From Squalus acanthias (taxonomy: Eukaryota), in assembly GCA_030390025.1 (NCBI GenBank), contig JASTWF010000035.1, positions 806,001 to 870,000 on the forward strand: a DNA stretch of 64,000 bases. The letters are read 5' to 3'. The stretch's first letter is position 1, and each line of letters begins with the position of its first letter. The notes beneath the pieces were generated by a model. The model searched no databases, was not told where the DNA came from, and saw nothing but the letters and a program-made list of their open reading frames with translations. Of the stretch, positions 11,217 through 21,768 are shown piece by piece. A program made the translations under genes and the position numbers.

Positions 11217-12864
11217 TGTAAGGGATTCTGACCCTGCGTGTCTCGCAGCCTGTGAGATTCACGCGGCTCTGTGCAGCCTGTATGTCAGTGCGGGTTTAGG
11301 CCTTGTTGCCTGTTCTGGTCTCCAGCCAGTCGGGGAGCACTAGACACACCTGTGAGTGGTTCGAATCACTCGCCCTTACGGTTCTAGACACTGGACTTAG
11401 ATGCGAGAGCAGTAATGGAGATGAAACTCATGTAGACTCGGTTGAATGGTACGAAATGGAAAATCTTTATTGCATGATATTTAAGATTATGAAATACATG
11501 TCATAAGCACAGATTAATGACAGTACAATCTTACAAGCAGTTTTATAGCTGATCCTAGGGAAACGAGGAACGAACGACACACCGTAAATAGGGGCACACA
11601 TTACAAGTATCCTTAATACTTAAACCCTCCCCTATCAATATCTGTCCTAACTAGATTCGTAGGATTTCGAGACTCATGCTCACCACTCGTGATAACTCGG
11701 AGAAATTCCGAATAGCTGATCGGATGTTTTTCACCGCAGCACCCACGTGTCGGTCAGGAGATCGCCTGGTCCCACTTGTTTACTTGCTTCTGCTCCGGCT
11801 AGCAGGCTGGACCGTCTGCTGTGATGAAGATCTGTGTTGGTTGGTTTAACAGGTACTCTTCCGAGCAGGTTTCACAGCTCAGTCAATATCATCGATGATG
11901 AACCGTTCTTGCAAGTTCAAAGAAGTCTTCCTGGCAAGGAAAACTTGGCTATTCGACCTACAGGCGCGGTCGGGATTTACTGACCGTGGCGATGAGTATG
12001 GTCTTCCTCTCTTCTCATCTCATCTCATCTCATCTCATCTCATCTCGGGCCTTTGGTTCCGCTGCCAGTTACCAACATAGGTCTTCGTTACGCGACACGA
12101 GGTAGATCCGAACGGATCAGAAAGTTCAACAGTCTTTTTCAAAGAGGCACCAGGCAAGCAGGAACCAGACTACGAGTCAAAACACAGGAGCAGCCACGAG
12201 GTTACGAGTCGATCGGATAAGAGAATAAGAGAAAGATGGACGGTTGGAGCTTGTAATTATAGTACAAAATCTTTCGTTTCCCGCCCAACCTTAATGTCCT
12301 TTCTTTTGTTTGGGTCTGGCGCTCAAATGTCTTGTATGGGTGATCTCCATTCTTAATGGGTTTCGGGGCTACTCGTAAATGTCTGAGTACCTGTTAATAT
12401 TTCTCCCATTGTTAAATCGGTCGGTGTTCTCCCTGGAGGGGTTTTGGGGCTTCCAAGTGTTTTGTATAACTACCTGCTAACGGCTCTCTCATCGTAGAGT
12501 CGTTGGGATTTTACATATTAATGTCTTTTGGATGGGCCCTTGATTACTCGGTACAATAGCTTTCATTCGTACCTGGGAGACCGATTTCAGTATTTATGTG
12601 TATACTGCGAACCCATGATGTCTCGTGTATTATCTTCAATGTGCTGAATCTTAATCGATCTTGCACAAATGTTTATTGGAACGCCATCTTGTCTGCCTGT
12701 CGAAAAGTCTAGAATGTTCTGTCACGAGGTGCGGCGGCCATTTTACAGGCTGCTTGTGTCTACTTTGAGAAACCTGGCAGCATTCTGCTGAAATAAAAGC
12801 TGTTTGAACGAAACTCTGTGTTTTCTCCTTATTAATAAAATCGCGATATATTGCGAATTCTACA
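11217..12864 (-). repeat. 3' LTR of element B (1648 bp)
   Basis: Repeat of 18917-20564; I could see only three substitutions (11764, 12274, 12349). TATA-like at ~12255-12263 and AATAAA at 11466-11471 on the minus strand; (TCTCA)n microsatellite at 12014-12045. Confidence 0.95.
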
Positions 12865-13321
12865 GTCCCTCCTGTTGATGCGAATAACTCCGCTTATCGT
12901 ATCAAAAATCATAGTGGTGAGCAATATTATCTCGATTTCTCTCCGAATCCAGCAAATTAATCCCATAATTTTTTTTTAACCTAGCTAAGGTCTCTGTGTC
13001 GTCCTTATTTCCCAAGAAAATTACATTTTATATCACCGTGGGCCTTTATTTGCCCTTAAACTTACACCACTTGTTTTCCTTCCCGGCGTAACCAGGCCGA
13101 TGCCTCTCGTATCACCTGTATGTCCATCTTTTATTCAGGGAAAGGAAAAACAAAACCCAAAACCAAACAATCATTTTTTAACTATAACACCATCACCAAA
13201 ATAATCAACACCAACTCTTAAAACATGTCGAGTTCCCAAACGTATTTACAATCTTTGAAAATCATGATCGAGTACAACTTCCGCGGCGCACGTGGCGAGC
13301 GGGAATGACGCCATTTTCCGA

Positions 13322-15673
13322 TTACACGGTGCTTTCATCGTGCACGCGCACGTAACGTTCTCGCCACTCTCCCGTGTTTTCATGCTTGGTGAGGCGTTTG
13401 TCTCTTTTACAATGTACGACCAATAGGTACACTACAATAAACACTTGACATACGACTAAAATGTGGGAGGCTATTCTGATCCATGAAGGCACTTCAATAT
13501 TGGTGAACAGATTCCACCACGGTGGAATTACTATATCCAGAATGTCTGTTCCTATTTCGACAGTTTTCTGTTCTAATGTGTAAAAATGTTTCTGTGATAC
13601 CGCGACGGCTTTTAAAAGCTTGGTGAGGTGTTCAGGGAGAGGGGGAATGAGGTATCCGAAATGCGCGACGAATTGCTGCAAGTCGGTGAAATTCTCTTTT
13701 ACTGTGAGATGAACAGTGGATGGTTCAGGGATTGGGATAATTCGCTGTTGTGCTACTTGAACTTCCGCCCTGGGTTTAAAACAGAAACTGCTGTCACTCA
13801 CCGGACACCGGCTACGGTTTCCATGCTGGTAGTGTTGCGCTGCAGTGGTAACACAATATGTTCCACCCCCGATGTATGCTACCTGCGGAGGCACATGATC
13901 TTGTGCCATTGCCTCCATGGTGCAATTCATGGACTTGGCGCCAGTCGTTCTGAACCCGCACTGTGGTGTTAAAAAGGCATTCAAGTGCTGGGGGCACAGT
14001 ATTATGTGTGCTCCCCTGCCACGACAACCAGAGAGATCTGTACCTGTCATCGTTTGCTCCCAGCGGATGACGTAAGGTGGAACCGGTGCATAACGAATGT
14101 GGGCTCCCCCCTGAATGACACCAATGTTCTCTACCTGATACACCGGGGCGGGCTTTGCTGTGTCGCCCAAAACCGGCATACGTAAAACTATACCCATAAT
14201 GGTATGGTTTGATCGTCCGCAGTCCACGGGGACTGGGTATGCTTCTGAAGCTAGCCTGAGCTGGCATGGGCTTAATGCGTTCTGAAAAGGGTGGAGCGCC
14301 TGCAGGTGTTTGTTACTTATCCAGGACGGGACCAAACCTTGTTTTAAATCCTCCAAATTACTGCGGCCCTCGCCCAGTAACCACGCCCCGTAAAGCACGC
14401 ACACCTCGTTCTGCGCAGCCTGATCGGACGCATTCCGATCTTCCCTGATCAGGGCATTTACCGTACGCGCATGTTTCTCCAGCTCAGCTATGATTTCCTT
14501 TAAGTGGAGCGTCATGGCCTGGTCTTCATGTAACCCAGACCCTACCACCTTATTCTCATCTGTTAGAATGTCTTTTAATTGTGTCTTTAAACCATTAATC
14601 TGGGTCTGCAGCTCCACACTGTCTAGAGCGTTGACCACAGATGTACCCGTGTTAAAAGCAGTGAACGCATCGTTCACCAAACCCCTTCTTTGCCTCCCTA
14701 CTTGATCCAAAACTTACTGTGGTGCGGTGTACAAACTTGTTTTATCAATTTCCGCGAAATCGAATTCGTAAAATTGTCTGAACATCTTGGTCAACAGGAC
14801 CTGATACAACTGTTCCGTCTTTTTGGGGCACCACTCTGGTAACCGCACCTCGGTGAGATTTAAAATCACCGAGGCCACCGCGTAATGTACCCCCTGAAAT
14901 AGTATCTGGTCTGTGGGGACCAGTACCAAACCATTCCCGGGTCCCTTACTAGTTTTAGGGCACCCTTCTTCCTCAGCTAGAACCACCGGAATCGTGGGCG
15001 GGGCTTTGCGTGGGCGCGTAATGAGCTCAGTGGCATTTACTGGGATCGGGGAGAATGGGGCTCCGCACCCCCTGGTGCTCGCATCCCACCTCATCCCCTG
15101 TCCGTTATCCTGCCATTGATTAATGAAAAATATGGAGATGCCTTTGGGGCAAACGTACTTTGACCCCCACATACATACATAAATTCCCTCGTCCGGTTCC
15201 CACCATTTGTCCCAACAGACTTTCACTTGTCCGTTTGTCCCCGTAATTGTCCGATGGGTATTATTACCCAGTCGTTCCCACTCGACCGACGAGTTCCTCA
15301 TAGTTTTGCTCAGCTTTCGCAGCCACCACCATCGGCTCAATGGGACATTCCCACTACAAGTCAAACAAATCCGTTTGCCGACGGTGACGCTGATCCTGGG
15401 TGCGATGATCCTTACTTTGGGGCACATTAAAGAAGTCTCTTTGTAGGCAAACCCCGATGTGCTAGAATACTCCGTTGAGTTCGTTCCCAGCCATCCTGGC
15501 CACCTTCCCTTGTGGAAATAGGTGCTGGTCTCCTCTGCCTCCCGTCTTCCGGTCCCATCCACCGCGATGGGGGCCGTGTCCCCGGAACATCCAAACACCA
15601 CGACATCCTTGGTGCGGCCTCGATAGGCCAATCCACATCCGATTGCCGCGAGCAATACTAGAATTCGTTCCAT
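13322..15673 (-). pseudogene. env: Env of element B (~780 aa): signal peptide, Ig-like domain, F2-like segment, in-frame TAA at 14714-14716, furin site RQRR, fusion peptide/heptad repeat, Cys-rich domain, TM anchor
   Basis: ORFs 14714..15856 and 13322..14710 are in one frame, split by one stop. Signal peptide MERILVLLAAIGCGLA; TM segment WIRIASHILVVCQVFIVVYLLVV. Confidence 0.9.
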
Positions 15674-15959
15674 CCTTCCTTGGTTCCTGTGATCAGATAG
15701 AATGAGATAGCCAGCCTCGCAAGAGTCTCTGGCTTTTGTGAAGGGTGAGCGGGTCCCCTGACCTCGCCTCACGTAAACTTCAACGTTCGCTGAATAAACT
15801 TTAATTAAACCTATTTTTAAAGCTCCCATCATTTTATCGTTTTCTGTTAAAAACACTACAATCTTGACCTTATTAAAACTATAAACTTAACCTTGAACTA
15901 TGAACTTAAAACTTAAAACTTATTACTATACAGTGCCGCCCGTTCTCAGGGCGGCCCCT

Positions 15960-17105
15960 TTAAATTCTGAGAAGGCTGCTGCGAGCTCTTCCCGACGGTG
16001 GGAGGGCACTGACCCTTCCCTTTGATCTGCCGCAGCCTGTTGTTGCACTGATTCCTTCCTCTGATCTGCCGCAGCCTGTTGCTGCTGCGATGGGGCCGGG
16101 CTGTATCTGGGTTGCCTTAACCTTAAGTCTACGCCTTGGGGCAGTCTGGGGACATGACCACATCCTCCTGGGCTGGGGTTCTCTACTTGACCTACGGGGA
16201 GTTGCCATGGGCGGGGGTTCCGTGACTGACGGACCGGGTTCCGAGACTTCCATCGGGACGACCTGGGGTTCCACCACAGTCGCTGGCTCCGCCTCCGCTG
16301 ACTCCGCCTCCCTAACCTCGGGGCTCGCAGTTTGTGGCTCCGCCCTGCTCGGCCCAGCAGGCGGCCCTTCACTCGTGATCTCTGCCTCCCCCGAGGACGG
16401 GACGTTCAAAGCGGGCGGCTCTGTCTCTGGGGTCCTCACCGTCACTCCCTGTGCTCCCACAGCGGCTGGCCCCGCCTCCCCTAGCTCCTCCCTCCTATCC
16501 TCGGGACCTGCAGCTTGTGTGTCCACCCTGTGTGGATCTCTATCTGCAGCCCGTATTCTCCCTATATCTAAAATGGGACCGTTCCTCCAAAACCACTCGT
16601 CTTCATCACTATCCTCATCTGACTCGAGTTCCCTGAATTCTCCCTCATCTGACTCCCAACTCCAGAAAAATGCTTCATGATCTTCCAGGATGTCCCCTCC
16701 CCTGATGCAAGCTGCTTTGCCTGCCTGTGTGCCTTGTGGTCCTACCTGGGGCTGCGCGTCCCCACTCGCGGGGTTTACCCCTGTGGTTTTCCCTTGCGCA
16801 CCTGGCTTGTACAGTTTGCACTGGTTTACATCCTCATACTCCCGGCTTTTGGCTACCCTGTAGACTGCTTTTATCTCACTAAGCTGCGCTTCTAGCCTGA
16901 GCACGTCCAACTTTCCCATTGATCGGGCGTTCTCCTCCCGCAGGGCCTGCTCTCTAAGCTGCCCTTCCAGCCCATCTATTTTCCCTATTAAGCGGGCGTT
17001 CTCCTCCCGCAAGGCCTGCTCTTTTAACCTGGCCTCCTCACCGCAGACCCCCTCCTGTGCGTGTCTTTTAAAAGGACACAGGTAGGCAGGCTGCGTGGGC
17101 TCTAG
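15960..17105 (-). CDS. ORF-X in the pol position (~381 codons): coiled coil resembling Gag, acidic/Trp patch, Pro/Glu/Ala-rich tail
   Basis: Open from the gag TGA-CTAG to TAA at 15960; no DTG, YxDD, RNase H or DDE motif. Confidence 0.6.
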   Translation of the reverse strand, partial: LEPTQPAYLCPFKRHAQEGVCGEEARLKEQALREENARLIGKIDGLEGQLREQALREENARSMGKLDVLRLEAQLSEIKAVYRVAKSREYEDVNQCKLYKPGAQGKTTGVNPASGDAQPQVGPQGTQAGKAACIRGGDILEDHEAFFWSWESDEGEFRELESDEDSDEDEWFWRNGPILDIGRIRAADRDPHRVDTQAAGPEDRREELGEAGPAAVGAQGVTVRTPETEPPALNVPSSGEAEITSEGPPAGPSRAEPQTASPEVREAESAEAEPATVVEPQVVPMEVSEPGPSVTEPPPMATPRRSSREPQPRRMWSCPQTAPRRRLKVKATQIQPGPIAAATGCGRSEEGISATTGCGRSKGRVSALPPSGRARSSLLRI

Positions 17106-18912
17106 TCATTGGGTACTATTAGACGGTCCTGCGGCACCTACGGGGCCGGTTGCAACCGCCACCTTTCCATGTGCACTCAATAAACTGCGCATGGCTCCCA
17201 ACACTACTTCGAGGTCGTCGGGAGGGGTGGGTGCACCAGCTTCCCTAGCAGGGACAGGCGTCTGGGCTCGGTGCGGGATTTTTATCCTTGGAATCTTTCC
17301 AAGGGTTCCTGCAATGCTTGCGCCAGTGCCCTGTCTTCCCACACCCGTAACAAGCATTACTTGCCTGTGGGGCGCGATTACCCTCCTGATGCCACTCTCT
17401 TTGATACGGGGCTGCGGGTCGTACCTCATGTACTTTTCCCTTAAGGGGACGTGTTGCCATACCCCTTATATTGCGATATCCTAACGTGAGTCGATTCAAG
17501 ACCGACTCTTCCGTAATGTTGGGGTCATTGGGATCAAACCATGCTTTTGCCTGCTCTCTGACGGCTGGTAAACTGTTGGCTATTATGCACCTAAGCCAAT
17601 GAGCTAAACCGGCGCCTTCCACATCTTCGCGCTCGGCCGCACCTAGACAGCTGCGCTCATACACTGGCCACAGCCTGTCGGCAAAAACCTTCGGGGGTTC
17701 TCCCTCCATCTGCACTGTCTGTCCCACTCTAGCAAACGGACCTTCATCGTTCGCCCCCAACACTTCCAGGACCTCATTCTTTAATTCCTCATAAGTCTTG
17801 GTTCCCCTCTTGCTCTCGCCTGAGAGACACTGAAGGACCGAGCTGTCTAATGAGAACAGCAGCATTTTTGCTGTTTCCCCATCATCGCAGCCGTTAATGG
17901 CTGCGGCTTGCTCAACTTCTCTGAAATGTACGGAAGGGTCGTCTGACTCGGTCAGCTTCCGTACGTGATTTATCATAGCTCTCAGCTGGTGTGAGCTGTG
18001 AGGCAACACAAGCTGTCCGAGGAGATCCCCTGGTTCTTCCCCACCGTTTCTGTTTGGGCCCCTTTTAATACCCGTTACTGGATACAACGGTCCCTTTCCC
18101 ACTTCTTTCTCAATGGGCTCTTTCGTTTCTTCCATTGCTTCCTCCCTAACCCAGGTTTCCGAATAGCTGGGTGGCGCGGAGGGCGCAGTGGCTACTACTT
18201 CCTCTGCTTTACTTGGTGGGGATTTCTTAAACTTCTCACTTACTAGCGGCTGGTGTGCTGACGGACTGATAAGGCACACCATGCCGTGCGCTTTGTTTAC
18301 GGCCTTTTTGAGGTGCTCTATCTCTTTTTGGCAGGCGCTATGATCGGCTCCCTGAAACTTATCCTCAAGGGCCAACTTATATGCCGCCCTAACCCCCGTT
18401 AAGCTCTCTTCCTGAGTTCTTATCTGGGCAGCTTGGCGGGCACATCTTTCCTTTAACCTGCTCTCATTTAACTTTGCCTCGGTGACCTGGCACTCGAGGT
18501 AATCTATCCTTGTTTTATGGTGACTGGAGATTTCCTGGCGTTCTTGGTGCAACGCACTTAAATTCCTAATGAGCATTTCCCCTCCAGAAACCTTCTCATC
18601 CATTTCTCCCTCTGAATGACTGATTCGAGCTGTTAGCGCTGTAATGGTCTGGTTTGAAATCTGAACCTGCCTTTTGTAACACATAAGCCAGACTGCTTTC
18701 TCGAGTGTCTTTTTATGTTCTTTACTATCTGTCCACCTTTCGGCAGCCTCTGGCGGGCTTTTATCCGCTAACAATTCACTTATCCATTTCTTAGTTAGAT
18801 TAACCTTTCCGAACACATAATCTGCTATCTTTTCCTGCATAACATTTCGTACAGTCATTCCAAAGTCTAACACACTACCCTCTCGCTGCCAGTGTCCTGT
18901 CGCGGTCGCCAT
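17106..18912 (-). CDS. gag: Gag of element B (555-aa ORF; a frameshift near 17260-17285 separates the last ~50 aa, which end at TGA 17106-17108)
   Basis: CCHC knuckle CYGCGKTGHWRKHC; MHR-like QMEGEPPKVFADRL. The alternative frame (17106..17429) matches the C-terminus of element A Gag. Confidence 0.9.
18894..18911 (-). promoter_or_regulatory. Primer-binding site, tRNA-Arg(TCG)-like (TGGCGACCGCGACAGGAC)
   Basis: Starts with TGG 5 nt after the LTR. Near-complementary to the vertebrate tRNA-Arg(TCG) 3' end as I recall it (GTCCTGCCGCGGTCGCCA). Equivalent site in element A at 4579-4596. Confidence 0.75.
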
Positions 18913-18916
18913 TTTC

Positions 18917-20564
18917 TGTAAGGGATTCTGACCCTGCGTGTCTCGCAGCCTGTGAGATTCACGCGGCTCTGTGCAGCCTGTATGTCAGTGCGGGTTTAGG
19001 CCTTGTTGCCTGTTCTGGTCTCCAGCCAGTCGGGGAGCACTAGACACACCTGTGAGTGGTTCGAATCACTCGCCCTTACGGTTCTAGACACTGGACTTAG
19101 ATGCGAGAGCAGTAATGGAGATGAAACTCATGTAGACTCGGTTGAATGGTACGAAATGGAAAATCTTTATTGCATGATATTTAAGATTATGAAATACATG
19201 TCATAAGCACAGATTAATGACAGTACAATCTTACAAGCAGTTTTATAGCTGATCCTAGGGAAACGAGGAACGAACGACACACCGTAAATAGGGGCACACA
19301 TTACAAGTATCCTTAATACTTAAACCCTCCCCTATCAATATCTGTCCTAACTAGATTCGTAGGATTTCGAGACTCATGCTCACCACTCGTGATAACTCGG
19401 AGAAATTCCGAATAGCTGATCGGATGTTTTTCACCGCAGCACCCACGTGTCGGTCAGGAGATCTCCTGGTCCCACTTGTTTACTTGCTTCTGCTCCGGCT
19501 AGCAGGCTGGACCGTCTGCTGTGATGAAGATCTGTGTTGGTTGGTTTAACAGGTACTCTTCCGAGCAGGTTTCACAGCTCAGTCAATATCATCGATGATG
19601 AACCGTTCTTGCAAGTTCAAAGAAGTCTTCCTGGCAAGGAAAACTTGGCTATTCGACCTACAGGCGCGGTCGGGATTTACTGACCGTGGCGATGAGTATG
19701 GTCTTCCTCTCTTCTCATCTCATCTCATCTCATCTCATCTCATCTCGGGCCTTTGGTTCCGCTGCCAGTTACCAACATAGGTCTTCGTTACGCGACACGA
19801 GGTAGATCCGAACGGATCAGAAAGTTCAACAGTCTTTTTCAAAGAGGCACCAGGCAAGCAGGAACCAGACTACGAGTCAAAACACAGGAGCAGCCACGAG
19901 GTTACGAGTCGATCGGATAAGAGAATAAGAGAAAGATGGACGGTTGGAGCTTGTAATTATAGTACAAAATCTTCCGTTTCCCGCCCAACCTTAATGTCCT
20001 TTCTTTTGTTTGGGTCTGGCGCTCAAATGTCTTGTATGGGTGATCTCCGTTCTTAATGGGTTTCGGGGCTACTCGTAAATGTCTGAGTACCTGTTAATAT
20101 TTCTCCCATTGTTAAATCGGTCGGTGTTCTCCCTGGAGGGGTTTTGGGGCTTCCAAGTGTTTTGTATAACTACCTGCTAACGGCTCTCTCATCGTAGAGT
20201 CGTTGGGATTTTACATATTAATGTCTTTTGGATGGGCCCTTGATTACTCGGTACAATAGCTTTCATTCGTACCTGGGAGACCGATTTCAGTATTTATGTG
20301 TATACTGCGAACCCATGATGTCTCGTGTATTATCTTCAATGTGCTGAATCTTAATCGATCTTGCACAAATGTTTATTGGAACGCCATCTTGTCTGCCTGT
20401 CGAAAAGTCTAGAATGTTCTGTCACGAGGTGCGGCGGCCATTTTACAGGCTGCTTGTGTCTACTTTGAGAAACCTGGCAGCATTCTGCTGAAATAAAAGC
20501 TGTTTGAACGAAACTCTGTGTTTTCTCCTTATTAATAAAATCGCGATATATTGCGAATTCTACA
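18917..20564 (-). repeat. 5' LTR of element B (1648 bp)
   Basis: Near-identical to 11217-12864; followed on the minus strand by the PBS. Confidence 0.95.
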
Positions 20565-20607
20565 GATGTTGTTAGCAATGGCAGAAGCCATTTCCACAGC
20601 AGGGGCC

Positions 20608-21768
20608 CTAGAAGCGGCTTGCTATCAGCCGTTGACGGACGGCCCTTGCAGTTTCACCATTGTGGGCCGCCCTCCCGCCTTGGTGCTGCTGATGATCATC
20701 CTCCTCGTCCTCTTCCTCCTCTTCCTCCTCCTCCTCTGGTGGTGCTCCAAGGCCTGGTGGCATTGGCTGGGTCCTGACGATTGCCATGTTATGCAACATG
20801 CAGCACACAACTACGAAGTTGGATACTCGCTCAGGCGAGTACTGCAGGGCTCCTCCAGAATGGTCGAGACAGCGGAACCGTTGCTTCAGCACGCCGATTG
20901 TGCGCTCAATGATGTTCCTGGTAGCTTGATGGCTCTCGTTGTACCGCAGCTCAGCAGGGGTGTTGGGCGTACGGAGCGGTGTCCTCAGCCAGGTGCTCAA
21001 TGGATACCCCTTGTCCCCGAGAAGCCAACCAACTGGCTGATGCGGTGCCTCGAAAAGTTCTGCCACAGTAGTCTGGCGCAGGATGAAAGCATCGTGGCAG
21101 CTGCCAGGATAGTGGGCATTGACAGCGAGTATCAGCTGTCTGTGGTCACAGACCAACTGAACATTCAAGGAATGGAACCCCTTTCTGTTCCGGAAATCCT
21201 CGGCATTCTCATGTGGAGCACGCAAAGCCACATGCGTGCAGTCAATGGCGCCCTGCACCATGGGGAAGCCCGCTATCCTCGCAAAGCCCAGAGCGCGGTC
21301 ACGCTGCTTGTCTGGGGTCATGGGGAAAGAGATGAACTCTCGTCTCCTTTTAAAGAGGGCATTTGTGACCTGCCGGATGCAGCAATGCACCGCGAACTGG
21401 GAGATATTGGCGAGGTCCCCAGCAGCAGCTTGAAATGAGCCAGTAGCATAGAAGTTGAGAGCCACTGTGACCTTCACTGCCACCGACAGAGACGTCCTGG
21501 ACCAAAGTTGAGGCTGCAGATCTGGCTGCAGCAGGTGGCAGAGCTCAGTGACCACCTCGTTGCTGAATCGCAGCCTTCGCAAACACAGCTCCTCAGACAT
21601 ATGAATGTAGGAGAGCTGTTCACGATATACCCTGGGAGGGTAAGCTCTCCTGTACAGACGCCTGTTGGCCCTCCTCCGTCTGGCCATCATTGCCACTCTC
21701 TCTCTGCGTCTCTGTGTCCTCCGATTCAGCTGGAGCAGGACGACGCCCCCAATCAGTGCAGCCCCCAT
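20608..21768 (-). CDS. Harbinger transposase (HARBI1-like DDE nuclease), intact
   Basis: GAIDCTHV, LLGDKGY and IERTIGVLKQRFRCL motifs. Confidence 0.95.
   Translation of the reverse strand: MGAALIGGVVLLQLNRRTQRRRERVAMMARRRRANRRLYRRAYPPRVYREQLSYIHMSEELCLRRLRFSNEVVTELCHLLQPDLQPQLWSRTSLSVAVKVTVALNFYATGSFQAAAGDLANISQFAVHCCIRQVTNALFKRRREFISFPMTPDKQRDRALGFARIAGFPMVQGAIDCTHVALRAPHENAEDFRNRKGFHSLNVQLVCDHRQLILAVNAHYPGSCHDAFILRQTTVAELFEAPHQPVGWLLGDKGYPLSTWLRTPLRTPNTPAELRYNESHQATRNIIERTIGVLKQRFRCLDHSGGALQYSPERVSNFVVVCCMLHNMAIVRTQPMPPGLGAPPEEEEEEEEEDEEDDHQQHQGGRAAHNGETARAVRQRLIASRF

Larger units (their letters stand above)
11217..20564 (-). mobile_element. Endogenous retrovirus-like element B, full length with two LTRs: gag, ORF-X, env; no pol
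   Basis: Direct repeats 11217-12864 and 18917-20564 with TGTA...TACA ends; PBS 18894-18911; purine-rich tract 12865-12876; GAT duplication on both flanks. Confidence 0.95.

Noticed and set aside
11303..12080. Small ORFs duplicated at 19003-19780
   Set aside because: They are duplicated only because they lie in the LTRs; they are antisense, short and have no motifs.
17260..17290. Possible programmed frameshift at the end of element B gag
   Set aside because: It needs a +1 shift, there is no canonical slippery heptamer, and element A is continuous here; a mutation is more likely.
20551..21438. 295-aa ORF antisense to the Harbinger transposase (similar ORFs at 31120-31926 and 55179-56003)
   Set aside because: Most simply a shadow ORF of a GC-rich coding sequence; the copies are too similar for shared openness to imply selection.
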